64,000 bases of DNA from Escherichia coli (GTDB lineage: Bacteria > Pseudomonadota > Gammaproteobacteria > Enterobacterales > Enterobacteriaceae). The stretch lies in the NCBI RefSeq assembly GCF_045037415.1, contig NZ_CP173438.1; one strand, written 5' to 3'. The notes under the pieces were generated by a model that was given only the letters and a program-made list of their open reading frames with translations, searched no databases and was not told the origin of the DNA. Below are positions 1 through 8,756 of the stretch, one piece after another. A program made the position numbers and the translations under genes. Positions within the stretch are counted from its first letter, which is position 1, and each line of letters begins with the position of its first letter.

Positions 1-1
1 G

Positions 2-37
2 CTCACCACCAGCATTCGCGGGCTGGGGCTGGGCTGA
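2..37 (+). CDS. lfiP: 3' end of FliP-family export protein (Flag-2 LfiP), partial at window edge
   Basis: Open frame ending at TGA 35-37 immediately upstream of the FliQ-like gene; call rests on conserved fliP-fliQ-fliR order only, too short to judge by sequence. Confidence 0.3.
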   Translation, partial: LTTSIRGLGLG

Positions 38-39
38 TT

Positions 40-312
40 ATGTTGACCGTAGACGTCGCCGCCGACATTGTCGCCAGCGGCATTAAAGTAGTGATTTTGC
101 TGGTTTCGGTACTGGTGGTGCCAAGCCTGCTGGTCGGCCTGCTGGTGAGCGTGTTCCAGGCGGTGACGCAGATTAACGAACAGACCCTGAGCTTTTTGCC
201 AAGGCTGATTGTCACGCTGGTGGTGCTGGGCGTGTGCGGCAAATGGATGATTATCCAGTTGCATGATCTCTGCATTCACCTGTTTACCCAGGCCGCGTTG
301 CTGGTTCATTGA
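40..312 (+). CDS. lfiQ: FliQ-family flagellar export apparatus membrane protein (Flag-2 LfiQ)
   Basis: 90-aa hydrophobic ORF with FliQ-like core (SVFQAVTQINEQTLSFLPRLIV); precedes FliR/FlhB/FlhA homologues. Confidence 0.8.
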   Translation: MLTVDVAADIVASGIKVVILLVSVLVVPSLLVGLLVSVFQAVTQINEQTLSFLPRLIVTLVVLGVCGKWMIIQLHDLCIHLFTQAALLVH

Positions 313-313
313 G

Positions 314-1096
314 ATGCGCACAAGCGACGTTACGCAACTGATGGATCTGGCGCTGGGGCTGTGGTTTCCCTTCGTGCGCATTATGGCGTTTCTGCGCTAT
401 ATGCCGGTGCTGGATAACAGCGCCCTGACCGCGCGCGTGCGGATTATTTTGTCGCTGGCGCTGGCGATCATCATCACGCCGTTGATCCCCCATCCCATTC
501 CCCACAATCTGCTATCGCTCAACAGCCTGATCCTGACGGTGGAGCAAATTTTATGGGGCATGTTATTCGGGCTGATGTTTCAGTTTTTGTTTCTGGCGCT
601 ACAACTGGCCGGGCAAATTCTCTCGTTCAATATGGGGATGAGCATGGCGGTGATGAACGACCCGAGCAGCGGCGCATCGACCACCGTGCTGGCGGAGCTA
701 ATCAACGTCTACGCGATCCTGCTGTTTTTTGCCATGGACGGGCATCTGCTGCTGGTAAGCGTGTTGTACAAGGGCTTCACCTACTGGCCGATTGGCAACG
801 CCCTGCATCCGCAAACCCTGCGTACCATCGCGCTGGCCTTTAGCTGGGTGCTGGCGTCGGCATCGCTGCTGGCGCTGCCGACCACTTTTATCATGCTGAT
901 TGTGCAGGGCTGCTTTGGCTTGCTCAACCGTATTGCGCCGCCGCTGAACCTTTTTTCTCTTGGCTTTCCGATCAACATGCTGGCGGGGCTGGTCTGTTTT
1001 GCCACCCTGCTCTACAACCTGCCGGATCACTATCTGCATCTGGCGAATTTTGTCTTACAACAACTCGACGCGCTGAAAGGTCACTATGGCGGATAG
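314..1096 (+). CDS. lfiR: FliR-family flagellar export apparatus membrane protein (Flag-2 LfiR)
   Basis: Polytopic membrane ORF of FliR size; ATG at 314 two nt after the lfiQ stop (the ORF track starts upstream at 263); 11-nt overlap with the next gene. Confidence 0.8.
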   Translation: MRTSDVTQLMDLALGLWFPFVRIMAFLRYMPVLDNSALTARVRIILSLALAIIITPLIPHPIPHNLLSLNSLILTVEQILWGMLFGLMFQFLFLALQLAGQILSFNMGMSMAVMNDPSSGASTTVLAELINVYAILLFFAMDGHLLLVSVLYKGFTYWPIGNALHPQTLRTIALAFSWVLASASLLALPTTFIMLIVQGCFGLLNRIAPPLNLFSLGFPINMLAGLVCFATLLYNLPDHYLHLANFVLQQLDALKGHYGG

Positions 1097-2225
1097 CAGC
1101 AGCGAAGAAAAAACAGAGAAACCCTCGGCGCAAAAGCTGCGTAAAGCGCGTGAAGAGGGGCAACTGCCGCGCTCGAAGGATATGGGGCTGGCGGCGAGCC
1201 TGTTTGCGGCGTTTGTGGTGATCTCCAGCAGTTTTCCGTGGTATGCCGATTTTGTGCGCGAGAGCTTTATCAGCGTGCATCAGTATGCGCAGGAGATTAA
1301 TAACCCGCAGGTGATCGGCCAGTTTCTGCGCCATCACCTGTTAATTCTCGGCAAGTTTATCCTCACCTTGCTGCCGATGCCTGCTGCCGCGCTGCTCTCT
1401 TCGCTGGTGCCCGGCGGCTGGCTGTTTCTGCCAAAAAAAATCCTCCCGGATTTCAGCAAAATCAGTCCGTTAAAAGGCATTGGGCGGCTGTTTTCCAGTG
1501 AACATCTGGCGGAAACGGGAAAGATGACGGTGAAGTCTGTGGTGGTGCTGGTGATGCTGTGGGTAAGCCTGCGCAATAACTTTGCCGCCTTTCTCAGCCT
1601 GCAGGCGCTGCCGTTCAAACTGGCGATAAATGACGGTTTATCGCTCTACGCCAGCGTGATGCGCAACTTTGTCATTCTGTTTATCTTCTTCGCGCTTATC
1701 GACGTGCCGCTGGCGAAAGCCCTGTTCACCAAAGGGCTGAAGATGACCAAACAGGAGCTGAAAGAAGAGTACAAAAATCAGGAAGGTAAGCCGGAAGTGA
1801 AGGCGCGTGTGCGGCGACTGCAACGGCAACTGGCGATGGGGCAAATCCGCAAAGTGGTGCCGAAAGCCAACGTGGTGATCACCAACCCGACCCACTACGC
1901 CGTGGCGTTACAGTATGACCAGTCGCGCGCCGCCGCGCCGTTTGTGGTGGCAAAAGGCACCGATGAAATCGCCCTCTATATTCGCCAGGTCGCCACGGAG
2001 AATCAGGTGGAAGTGGTCGAGTTCCCGCGGCTGGCACGCTCGGTTTACTACACCACCCAGGTGAACCAGCAAATTCCGTTTCAGCTTTACCGGGCCATCG
2101 CCCACGTTCTGACCTACGTCCTGCAAATGAAACACTGGCGCGAGGGCGCACAGCCGCGCCCGGCCCTGAACAGACATATTTCCATTCCCAAAGAGGTGCT
2201 TAAACTGGATGGCGAAAACAACTAA
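1086..2225 (+). CDS. lfhB: FlhB-family export switch protein (Flag-2 LfhB)
   Basis: 379 aa; N-terminal KTEKPSAQKLRKAREEGQ and NPTH autocleavage motif (VVITNPTHYAVAL) typical of FlhB/SctU. Confidence 0.85.
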   Translation: MADSSSEEKTEKPSAQKLRKAREEGQLPRSKDMGLAASLFAAFVVISSSFPWYADFVRESFISVHQYAQEINNPQVIGQFLRHHLLILGKFILTLLPMPAAALLSSLVPGGWLFLPKKILPDFSKISPLKGIGRLFSSEHLAETGKMTVKSVVVLVMLWVSLRNNFAAFLSLQALPFKLAINDGLSLYASVMRNFVILFIFFALIDVPLAKALFTKGLKMTKQELKEEYKNQEGKPEVKARVRRLQRQLAMGQIRKVVPKANVVITNPTHYAVALQYDQSRAAAPFVVAKGTDEIALYIRQVATENQVEVVEFPRLARSVYYTTQVNQQIPFQLYRAIAHVLTYVLQMKHWREGAQPRPALNRHISIPKEVLKLDGENN

Positions 2226-4302
2226 ATCGTTCCTTGCGCTGCTGCGCGGCGGCAATCTCGGCGTGCCGCTGGTCATACTGTGTATTCTGGCGATGGTTAT
2301 TCTGCCGCTGCCGCCTGCGCTGCTGGATATTCTGTTCACCTTCAACATTGTGCTGGCGGTGATGGTACTGCTGGTGGCGGTGTCGGCGAAACGACCGCTG
2401 GAATTCAGCCTGTTCCCGACCATTTTGCTGATCACCACCTTAATGCGCCTGACGCTTAACGTCGCCTCTACGCGCGTGGTGCTGTTGCACGGGCATCTCG
2501 GCGCGGGCGCGGCGGGTAAGGTGATAGAGTCGTTTGGTCAGGTGGTGATCGGCGGCAACTTTGTCGTCGGTTTCGTGGTGTTTATCATCCTGATGATCAT
2601 CAACTTTATCGTCGTCACCAAAGGGGCCGAGCGTATTTCCGAGGTTTCTGCCCGCTTTACCCTGGACGCGATGCCCGGCAAACAGATGGCAATTGACGCC
2701 GATCTTAATGCCGGGTTGATCAACCAGGCACAGGCGCAGACCCGGCGCAAAGATGTTGCCAGCGAGGCCGATTTTTACGGCGCGATGGACGGGGCATCGA
2801 AGTTTGTGCGCGGGGATGCCATCGCCGGGATGATGATTCTGGCGATCAACCTGATCGGCGGCGTCTGTATTGGGATCTTCAAATACAACCTGAGCGCCGA
2901 TGCTGCCTTCCAGCAATATGTGTTGATGACCATCGGCGACGGCCTGGTGGCGCAGATCCCTTCCCTGCTGCTCTCCACCGCGGCGGCGATTATCGTCACC
3001 CGCGTCAGCGACAACGGCGATATCGCCCATGACGTGCGTAATCAGTTGCTGGCAAGCCCGTCGGTTCTCTACACCGCCACTGGAATTATGTTCGTGCTGG
3101 CGGTGGTGCCGGGAATGCCGCATTTCCCGTTCCTGATGTTCAGCGCCCTGCTTGGTTTTACCGGCTGGCGGATGAGCAAGCGCCCGCAAGCGGCGGAGGC
3201 GGAAGAGAAAAGCCTCGAAACGCTAACCCGTACGATGACAGAAACCAGCGAGCAACAGGTCAGTTGGGAAACTATTCCGCTGATCGAACCTATCAGTTTA
3301 AGCCTCGGCTACAAACTGGTGGCGCTGGTGGATAAAGCGCAGGGTAATCCGCTCACCCAGCGGATTCGCGGTGTACGGCAGGTGATATCCGACGGTAACG
3401 GAGTTCTGCTGCCGGAGATCCGTATTCGGGAAAACTTCCGCCTCAAGCCCAGCCAGTACGCCATTTTCATCAACGGCATTAAGGCTGATGAAGCGGATAT
3501 TCCGGCGGATAAACTGATGGCCCTGCCCTCCAGCGAAACCTACGGCGAGATTGACGGCGTACTGGGGAATGACCCGGCGTACGGGATGCCGGTCACCTGG
3601 ATTCAACCCGCGCAGAAAGCGAAGGCGCTGAATATGGGGTATCAGGTGATCGACAGCGCCAGCGTGATTGCCACCCATGTGAATAAGATTGTGCGCAGCT
3701 ATATTCCTGACCTCTTTAACTATGACGATATTACGCAGCTGCATAACCGTTTGTCGTCGATGGCACCGCGACTGGCGGAAGATTTGAGCGCGGCACTCAA
3801 TTACAGCCAGTTGCTGAAAGTGTACCGGGCGCTACTGACTGAAGGCGTTTCCCTGCGCGATATCGTCACCATCGCCACCGTGCTGGTCGCCAGTAGTGCG
3901 GTGACCAAAGATCATATTCTGCTGGCGGCAGATGTGCGCCTGGCGCTGCGGCGCAGCATTACCCATCCGTTCGTTCGCAAGCAGGAGCTGACGGTGTATA
4001 CGCTGAATAATGAGCTGGAAAATCTGCTGACCAACGTGGTGAATCAGGCGCAACAGGGCGGGAAAGTGATGCTTGATAGCGTGCCAGTGGACCCGAATAT
4101 GCTCAACCAGTTCCAGAGCACGATGCCTCAGGTGAAGGAGCAGATGAAAGCGGCGGGGAAAGATCCGGTGCTGCTGGTGCCGCCGCAACTGCGCCCCTTG
4201 CTGGCGCGCTACGCAAGGTTGTTTGCGCCGGGGCTGCATGTGCTGTCGTATAACGAAGTGCCGGATGAGCTGGAGTTGAAGATAATGGGGGCGTTGATGT
4301 AG
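2209..4302 (+). CDS. lfhA: FlhA-family export gate protein (Flag-2 LfhA), full length
   Basis: 697 aa with N-terminal TM domain and FlhA/SctV cytoplasmic domain; overlaps lfhB by 17 nt; lies beside rayT as in the described Flag-2 locus. Confidence 0.85.
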   Translation: MAKTTKSFLALLRGGNLGVPLVILCILAMVILPLPPALLDILFTFNIVLAVMVLLVAVSAKRPLEFSLFPTILLITTLMRLTLNVASTRVVLLHGHLGAGAAGKVIESFGQVVIGGNFVVGFVVFIILMIINFIVVTKGAERISEVSARFTLDAMPGKQMAIDADLNAGLINQAQAQTRRKDVASEADFYGAMDGASKFVRGDAIAGMMILAINLIGGVCIGIFKYNLSADAAFQQYVLMTIGDGLVAQIPSLLLSTAAAIIVTRVSDNGDIAHDVRNQLLASPSVLYTATGIMFVLAVVPGMPHFPFLMFSALLGFTGWRMSKRPQAAEAEEKSLETLTRTMTETSEQQVSWETIPLIEPISLSLGYKLVALVDKAQGNPLTQRIRGVRQVISDGNGVLLPEIRIRENFRLKPSQYAIFINGIKADEADIPADKLMALPSSETYGEIDGVLGNDPAYGMPVTWIQPAQKAKALNMGYQVIDSASVIATHVNKIVRSYIPDLFNYDDITQLHNRLSSMAPRLAEDLSAALNYSQLLKVYRALLTEGVSLRDIVTIATVLVASSAVTKDHILLAADVRLALRRSITHPFVRKQELTVYTLNNELENLLTNVVNQAQQGGKVMLDSVPVDPNMLNQFQSTMPQVKEQMKAAGKDPVLLVPPQLRPLLARYARLFAPGLHVLSYNEVPDELELKIMGALM

Positions 4303-4520
4303 GCATCCGGCATCGGTGCATATTGCCGGATGCGGCGTGAACGCCTTATCCGGCCTACGGGTGAGCACGGTTTTGTCGGCATGATAAGACGCGTAGCGGC
4401 GCATCTGGCACCGGTGCACAACTGCCGGATGCGGCGTGAACGCCTTATCCGGCCTACGGGTGAGCGCGGTTTTGTCGGCATGATAAGACGCATCTGCGTC
4501 GCATCAGGCATCGGCGCACA
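4303..4520. repeat. REP/BIME cluster (at least two GCCGGATGCGGCGTGAACGCCTTATCCGGCCTAC units plus inverted partners)
   Basis: Repeated palindromic REP consensus visible directly; located between the lfhA stop and the rayT 3' end. Confidence 0.85.
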
Positions 4521-4521
4521 G

Positions 4522-5019
4522 CTATAAAATGATACGCTCCCCAGCACTAAAATCCGTTACGTCCTCCGCCCAATCGATGGGATATAACCCTCGCGCGACA
4601 TCGCGATGAAACGTTGAGAATGGCCAATCACTCACTTGCTTTACCCAACCATGTTTTACTGGATTTATATAAATATAATCAACATGATGGCGATAGTCTT
4701 GGGTATTGCGAATGGCATGCTCCCAAAAACGCGGTTGCCAGATATTTTTCAATCCACAAGCATGGGTAAATTGCTTTTTAATTTCCCGCCAGCGCGAGGA
4801 AAAATCATCATCGCCTTCAGGTAATGTCCATATGCAATGCATATGCTCCGGCAAAACTACCCAAGCGTTAATTTCAAAAGGTCTGTCTCGCTTAACGTTA
4901 ATAATAGCGTTACGGAGCGTCTGAAACTGGGTGGTCAAAAGTTGGTTTCGACGATTCTGTAAATTTACCGTGAAAAACCAGGTTCCCCCCTTGATGTAAT
5001 AACGACGATATTCAGACAT
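4522..5019 (-). CDS. rayT: REP-associated tyrosine transposase (RAYT, IS200/IS605-like HUH protein)
   Basis: 165 aa with HUH-type HMH motif and conserved Tyr region (YIYINPVKHGWV); flanked on both sides by REP sequences. Confidence 0.85.
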   Translation of the reverse strand: MSEYRRYYIKGGTWFFTVNLQNRRNQLLTTQFQTLRNAIINVKRDRPFEINAWVVLPEHMHCIWTLPEGDDDFSSRWREIKKQFTHACGLKNIWQPRFWEHAIRNTQDYRHHVDYIYINPVKHGWVKQVSDWPFSTFHRDVARGLYPIDWAEDVTDFSAGERIIL

Positions 5020-5104
5020 AACGACTCCTTTTTCTCAACGGTAAGAAGAAAAGGAAAAGTCGGCAATGATGTTGTGTTAAATCGGGAAAGCGGCTCGCAA
5101 AAAA

Positions 5105-5198
5105 TGCACAGATTTATAGGCATGATAAGACGCGTAGCGTCGCATCAGGCACCGGTACACAACCGCCGGATGCGGCGTGAACGCCTTATCCGGCCTAC
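5105..5198. repeat. REP element(s) on the other flank of rayT
   Basis: GCATGATAAGACGCG...GCCGGATGCGGCGTGAACGCCTTATCCGGCCTAC; abuts and overlaps the yafL stop codon. Confidence 0.8.
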
Positions 5199-5953
5199 AA
5201 AATCGTCTCTTCCGTCAAAATCCGCCGCGCGCCCAAAAAATGATCCTGCCAGAAAGGTTCAGCTAACCGACTTACCCGAATGGTTTCCCCGGTGCGCGGT
5301 GACTCGATAAACTGACCGTCTCCAAGATATACGCCCATATGGTCGGCTATCTCACGGCTGTGGATATGGAAAAACAGCAAATCTCCCCGGCGCAGGTCGT
5401 TATTCGCCACAATCGTTGCCCGACGGTAGTGGTACATCTCATTGGCCGTGCGCGGGAGCTTAGCCTCAAGGATCTTGTTGTAGGCATAAAAAACCAACCC
5501 GCTACAGTCGAAACCTTTATCAGGCCGCGTGCCCCCCCAGACATAAGGCTTGCCAAGTTGCTGTTCCAGGCGGTGAATCGCCACTTCGGTGATGTTATGC
5601 AGGTGGTTGCTGCTGAGGAAATGATTGTTTTCCGCCAGCGCCTGCCAGCGTCTGTCGTTCGCCTTGAGCGGCGCAGGAAACCATTCTGGATGCTGTTTTA
5701 TCTGCTCCCGATTATGCTGGCGCAGCGCCCTTCTGCTTTTAGCATTGCCTTCCACAATATAGCTGGCCTGCTTTTTCAGATGGGTTTGGTACTGTTTTAA
5801 TAAACGCGCACGGTTTTGCATCCGCTGGCGGGCGGCGTAGCTAAAAGAGATATGTGATGTGGTGGCGCTGGCGAGTAAAGGGAGCAAAACGCATAACGAA
5901 AACACGCCTGGATGCAGAAATCTGCCGTGCAAGAACGAAGACATGAAGGACAT
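5195..5953 (-). CDS. yafL: NlpC/P60-family lipoprotein (peptidoglycan endopeptidase-like)
   Basis: 252-aa ORF with signal peptide and C-terminal NlpC/P60-like region (DCSGLVFYAY ... HMGVYLGDGQFIES); exact start uncertain. Confidence 0.75.
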   Translation of the reverse strand: MSFMSSFLHGRFLHPGVFSLCVLLPLLASATTSHISFSYAARQRMQNRARLLKQYQTHLKKQASYIVEGNAKSRRALRQHNREQIKQHPEWFPAPLKANDRRWQALAENNHFLSSNHLHNITEVAIHRLEQQLGKPYVWGGTRPDKGFDCSGLVFYAYNKILEAKLPRTANEMYHYRRATIVANNDLRRGDLLFFHIHSREIADHMGVYLGDGQFIESPRTGETIRVSRLAEPFWQDHFLGARRILTEETIL

Positions 5954-6255
5954 AAACCAGCTGAATGAAGGTGAGAATTTTAAAAGACCGGAGGAGTAAA
6001 CGGGATTATTAATTGCTTATTTGCATATTACTATTGCGGTTTCATAATCTTAGGAAATAAGAAATAAATCTACAATCCATGCGCTTTTCGGACTCTTGAA
6101 AACTGCACCTGTGCTAAATTTGTAAACCCTGCGCCGACAGGCTTGCGTAAAACTCTTTTGGTGATAATGTGAGCCTTCCAAATCCAGACTATTCCGATTT
6201 GGGATTCATTTTGCCGTCCTGGCGTGTGTAACCGTTTTATCAAGGAATAAGCAGT

Positions 6256-6996
6256 ATGCGTAAAATCGCATTAATTCTTGCGATGTTGTTGATCCCATGC
6301 GTTTCGTTTGCCGGTTTGCTGGGCAGCAGTAGCTCGACCACGCCAGTGAGCAAAGAGTATAAGCAGCAGTTGATGGGATCCCCTGTCTACATCCAGATCT
6401 TCAAGGAAGAACGTACGCTCGATCTCTACGTCAAAATGGGCGAGCAATATCAACTGCTCGACAGCTATAAAATCTGTAAATATTCCGGCGGCTTAGGGCC
6501 AAAACAGCGTCAGGGCGATTTCAAAAGCCCGGAAGGGTTTTATAGCGTCCAGCGTAATCAGTTAAAACCAGACAGCCGTTACTACAAAGCGATTAATATT
6601 GGATTCCCAAACGCCTATGACCGTGCGCATGGTTATGAAGGGAAATACCTGATGATTCACGGCGATTGTGTTTCCATCGGCTGCTACGCGATGACCAATC
6701 AGGGTATTGATGAGATCTTCCAGTTCGTTACTGGTGCGCTGGTGTTTGGTCAGCCGAGCGTGCAAGTGAGTATTTATCCGTTCCGCATGACCGACGCCAA
6801 TATGAAGCGCCATAAATATTCCAACTTTAAGGACTTCTGGGAGCAACTGAAGCCGGGCTACGACTACTTTGAGCAAACCCGTAAGCCACCGACCGTTTCT
6901 GTGGTCAATGGCCGTTACGTGGTCAGCAAGCCGTTAAGCCACGAAGTTGTGCAGCCACAACTGGCATCAAACTACACGCTCCCCGAGGCAAAATAA
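6256..6996 (+). CDS. yafK: L,D-transpeptidase-family periplasmic protein YafK
   Basis: 246 aa with signal peptide and YkuD-type motif ([12 protein letters not shown]); position between yafL and yafJ. Confidence 0.8.
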   Translation: MRKIALILAMLLIPCVSFAGLLGSSSSTTPVSKEYKQQLMGSPVYIQIFKEERTLDLYVKMGEQYQLLDSYKICKYSGGLGPKQRQGDFKSPEGFYSVQRNQLKPDSRYYKAINIGFPNAYDRAHGYEGKYLMIHGDCVSIGCYAMTNQGIDEIFQFVTGALVFGQPSVQVSIYPFRMTDANMKRHKYSNFKDFWEQLKPGYDYFEQTRKPPTVSVVNGRYVVSKPLSHEVVQPQLASNYTLPEAK

Positions 6997-7734
6997 GCGC
7001 CATTCACCTGGCATAATCTTTTGCCAGGTTTCATTGCCCGTCAGCGGCTGTGTCGCAATCACCGTGACCACATCATTCGGTGTGGTCTGCGAGCTGAAGT
7101 CGATTTCCACATCCTGATCCAGCAACGTTGCCACGCCAAACGGCGCGCGGCGGGTGATCCAGTGTAAATTAGTCGAGCAATACGCCATTACATAGCGCCC
7201 GTCAGAAAGCAGCATGTTGAAAACGCCCTTCTGCCGCAGTTCATCCGCCAGTGAGGCGATATATTTAAACACTGCCGCCATGTTGCCCGGTGTGCGCGGG
7301 TAACGCTGCGTTAATTTATGCAGGAGCCAGCAAAAGGCTTTTTCGCTATCGGTTTCACCGACCGGGCGGAAGTTGCCGGTTTCCAGTGATTTGTAGCCCG
7401 TCAGTTGTCCATTATGGGCATAAGTCCAGTTACGCCCCCATAACTCGCGGGTAAACGGGTGAGTATTTTCCAGCGCCACCTCGCCCCGATTAGCCTGGCG
7501 AATATGAGCCACCACCGAACAGGATTTTATCGGGTAGTCCTGGACAAGTTTGGCGATGGGGGAATTAAAGCTGGGTTGCGGATCTTTAAATGTGCGACAG
7601 CCTTTACCTTCGTAAAAGGTAATGCCCCAGCCATCTTTATGTGGCCCGGTTCCACCACCACGCTGTACAAGTCCGGTGAAACTAAAGCAGATATCGGTAG
7701 GGACGTTGGCACTCATCCCGAGCAATTCGCACAT
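6967..7734 (-). CDS. yafJ: Class II glutamine amidotransferase-like protein YafJ
   Basis: ORF starts MCELLG (N-terminal Cys nucleophile after Met); ATG at 7732-7734 with GGAGG upstream; 255 aa. Confidence 0.8.
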   Translation of the reverse strand: MCELLGMSANVPTDICFSFTGLVQRGGGTGPHKDGWGITFYEGKGCRTFKDPQPSFNSPIAKLVQDYPIKSCSVVAHIRQANRGEVALENTHPFTRELWGRNWTYAHNGQLTGYKSLETGNFRPVGETDSEKAFCWLLHKLTQRYPRTPGNMAAVFKYIASLADELRQKGVFNMLLSDGRYVMAYCSTNLHWITRRAPFGVATLLDQDVEIDFSSQTTPNDVVTVIATQPLTGNETWQKIMPGEWRLFCLGERVV

Positions 7735-7797
7735 GGGTAACCTCCACAACAGCGGGAGCGCATGGCCCCCGGCGAAGATTGATTTAAGAATTTTCAG

Positions 7798-7932
<135 letters not shown>

Positions 7933-7938
7933 CCAGAC

Positions 7939-8517
7939 TTACTTAACCATCTCTTTTTCAATTAACTGGATCAGGATATGGATCACTTTAATGTGGATCT
8001 CCTGAATGCGGTCGGCATAACCAAAGTGCGGTACGCGAATTTCGATATCCGCCGTGCCAGCCATTTTGCCGCCGTCTTTACCGGTCAGGGTGATCACTTT
8101 CATCCCCTTCTCACGCGCCGCCGCGATCGCTTTGATCACGTTTGCAGAGTTACCGGAGGTGGAGATCCCCAGCAGTACATCGCCTTCGCGACCTACCGCT
8201 TCAACGTAACGGGAGAAAATATCATTGAAACCAAAATCGTTACCGACGCAGGAAATATGACTAACGTCAGAAATGGCAATCGCCGGGTAGCCCGGACGGT
8301 TTTCACGGTAGCGACCGGTCAACTCTTCGGCAAAGTGCATGGCGTCGCAATGGGAGCCGCCGTTGCCACAGGAAAGCACTTTGCCACCGGCTTTAAAGCT
8401 GTCTGCTAACAGGACCGCCGCGCGCTGAATGGCGTGAATATTGGCGTCATCTTTTAAAAAGTTAGCCAGCGTTTCCGCCGCTTCGTTCAGTTCATTACGA
8501 ATAAGATCCTGGTACAT
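7939..8517 (-). CDS. gmhA: Phosphoheptose isomerase (sedoheptulose-7-phosphate isomerase)
   Basis: 192 aa starting [20 protein letters not shown]; SIS domain; the ORF track extends to 8679 but the conserved start is the ATG at 8515-8517. Confidence 0.9.
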
Positions 8518-8716
8518 GAGGATATCCTTCAGCATAAATGTAATAGACAAAATGCAGTGTACCGGATACCGCCAAAAGCGAGAAGTACGGGCAGGTGCTA
8601 TGACCAGGACTTTTTGACCTGAAGTGCGGATAAAAACAGCAACAATGTGAGCTTTGTTGTAATTATATTGTAAACGCATTGCTAAATGTTTTTACATCCA
8701 CTACAACCATATCATC

Positions 8717-8735
8717 ACAAGTGGTCAGACCTCCT
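8717..8735 (+). promoter_or_regulatory. Putative FadR operator upstream of fadE
   Basis: ACAAGTGGTCAGACCTCCT contains the TGGTC-N-GACC core of the FadR consensus, about 20 bp before the fadE start. Confidence 0.45.
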
Positions 8736-8756
8736 ACAAGTAAGGGGCTTTTCGTT

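Noticed and set aside
4303-4520. Repeat array that could be mistaken for a CRISPR
   Set aside because: The units are imperfect palindromic REP sequences in mixed orientation with irregular spacing, next to a RAYT gene, and there are no cas genes.
4103-4547. Minus-strand ORFs (72 aa and 112 aa) overlapping the lfhA 3' end and the REP array
   Set aside because: Translations are Pro/Ala/Arg-rich read-through of REP palindromes and antisense lfhA; typical spurious frames.
8518-8756. Possible small ORF or sRNA in the gmhA-fadE intergenic region
   Set aside because: No ORF with a plausible RBS; the region is better explained as divergent promoters plus a FadR operator.
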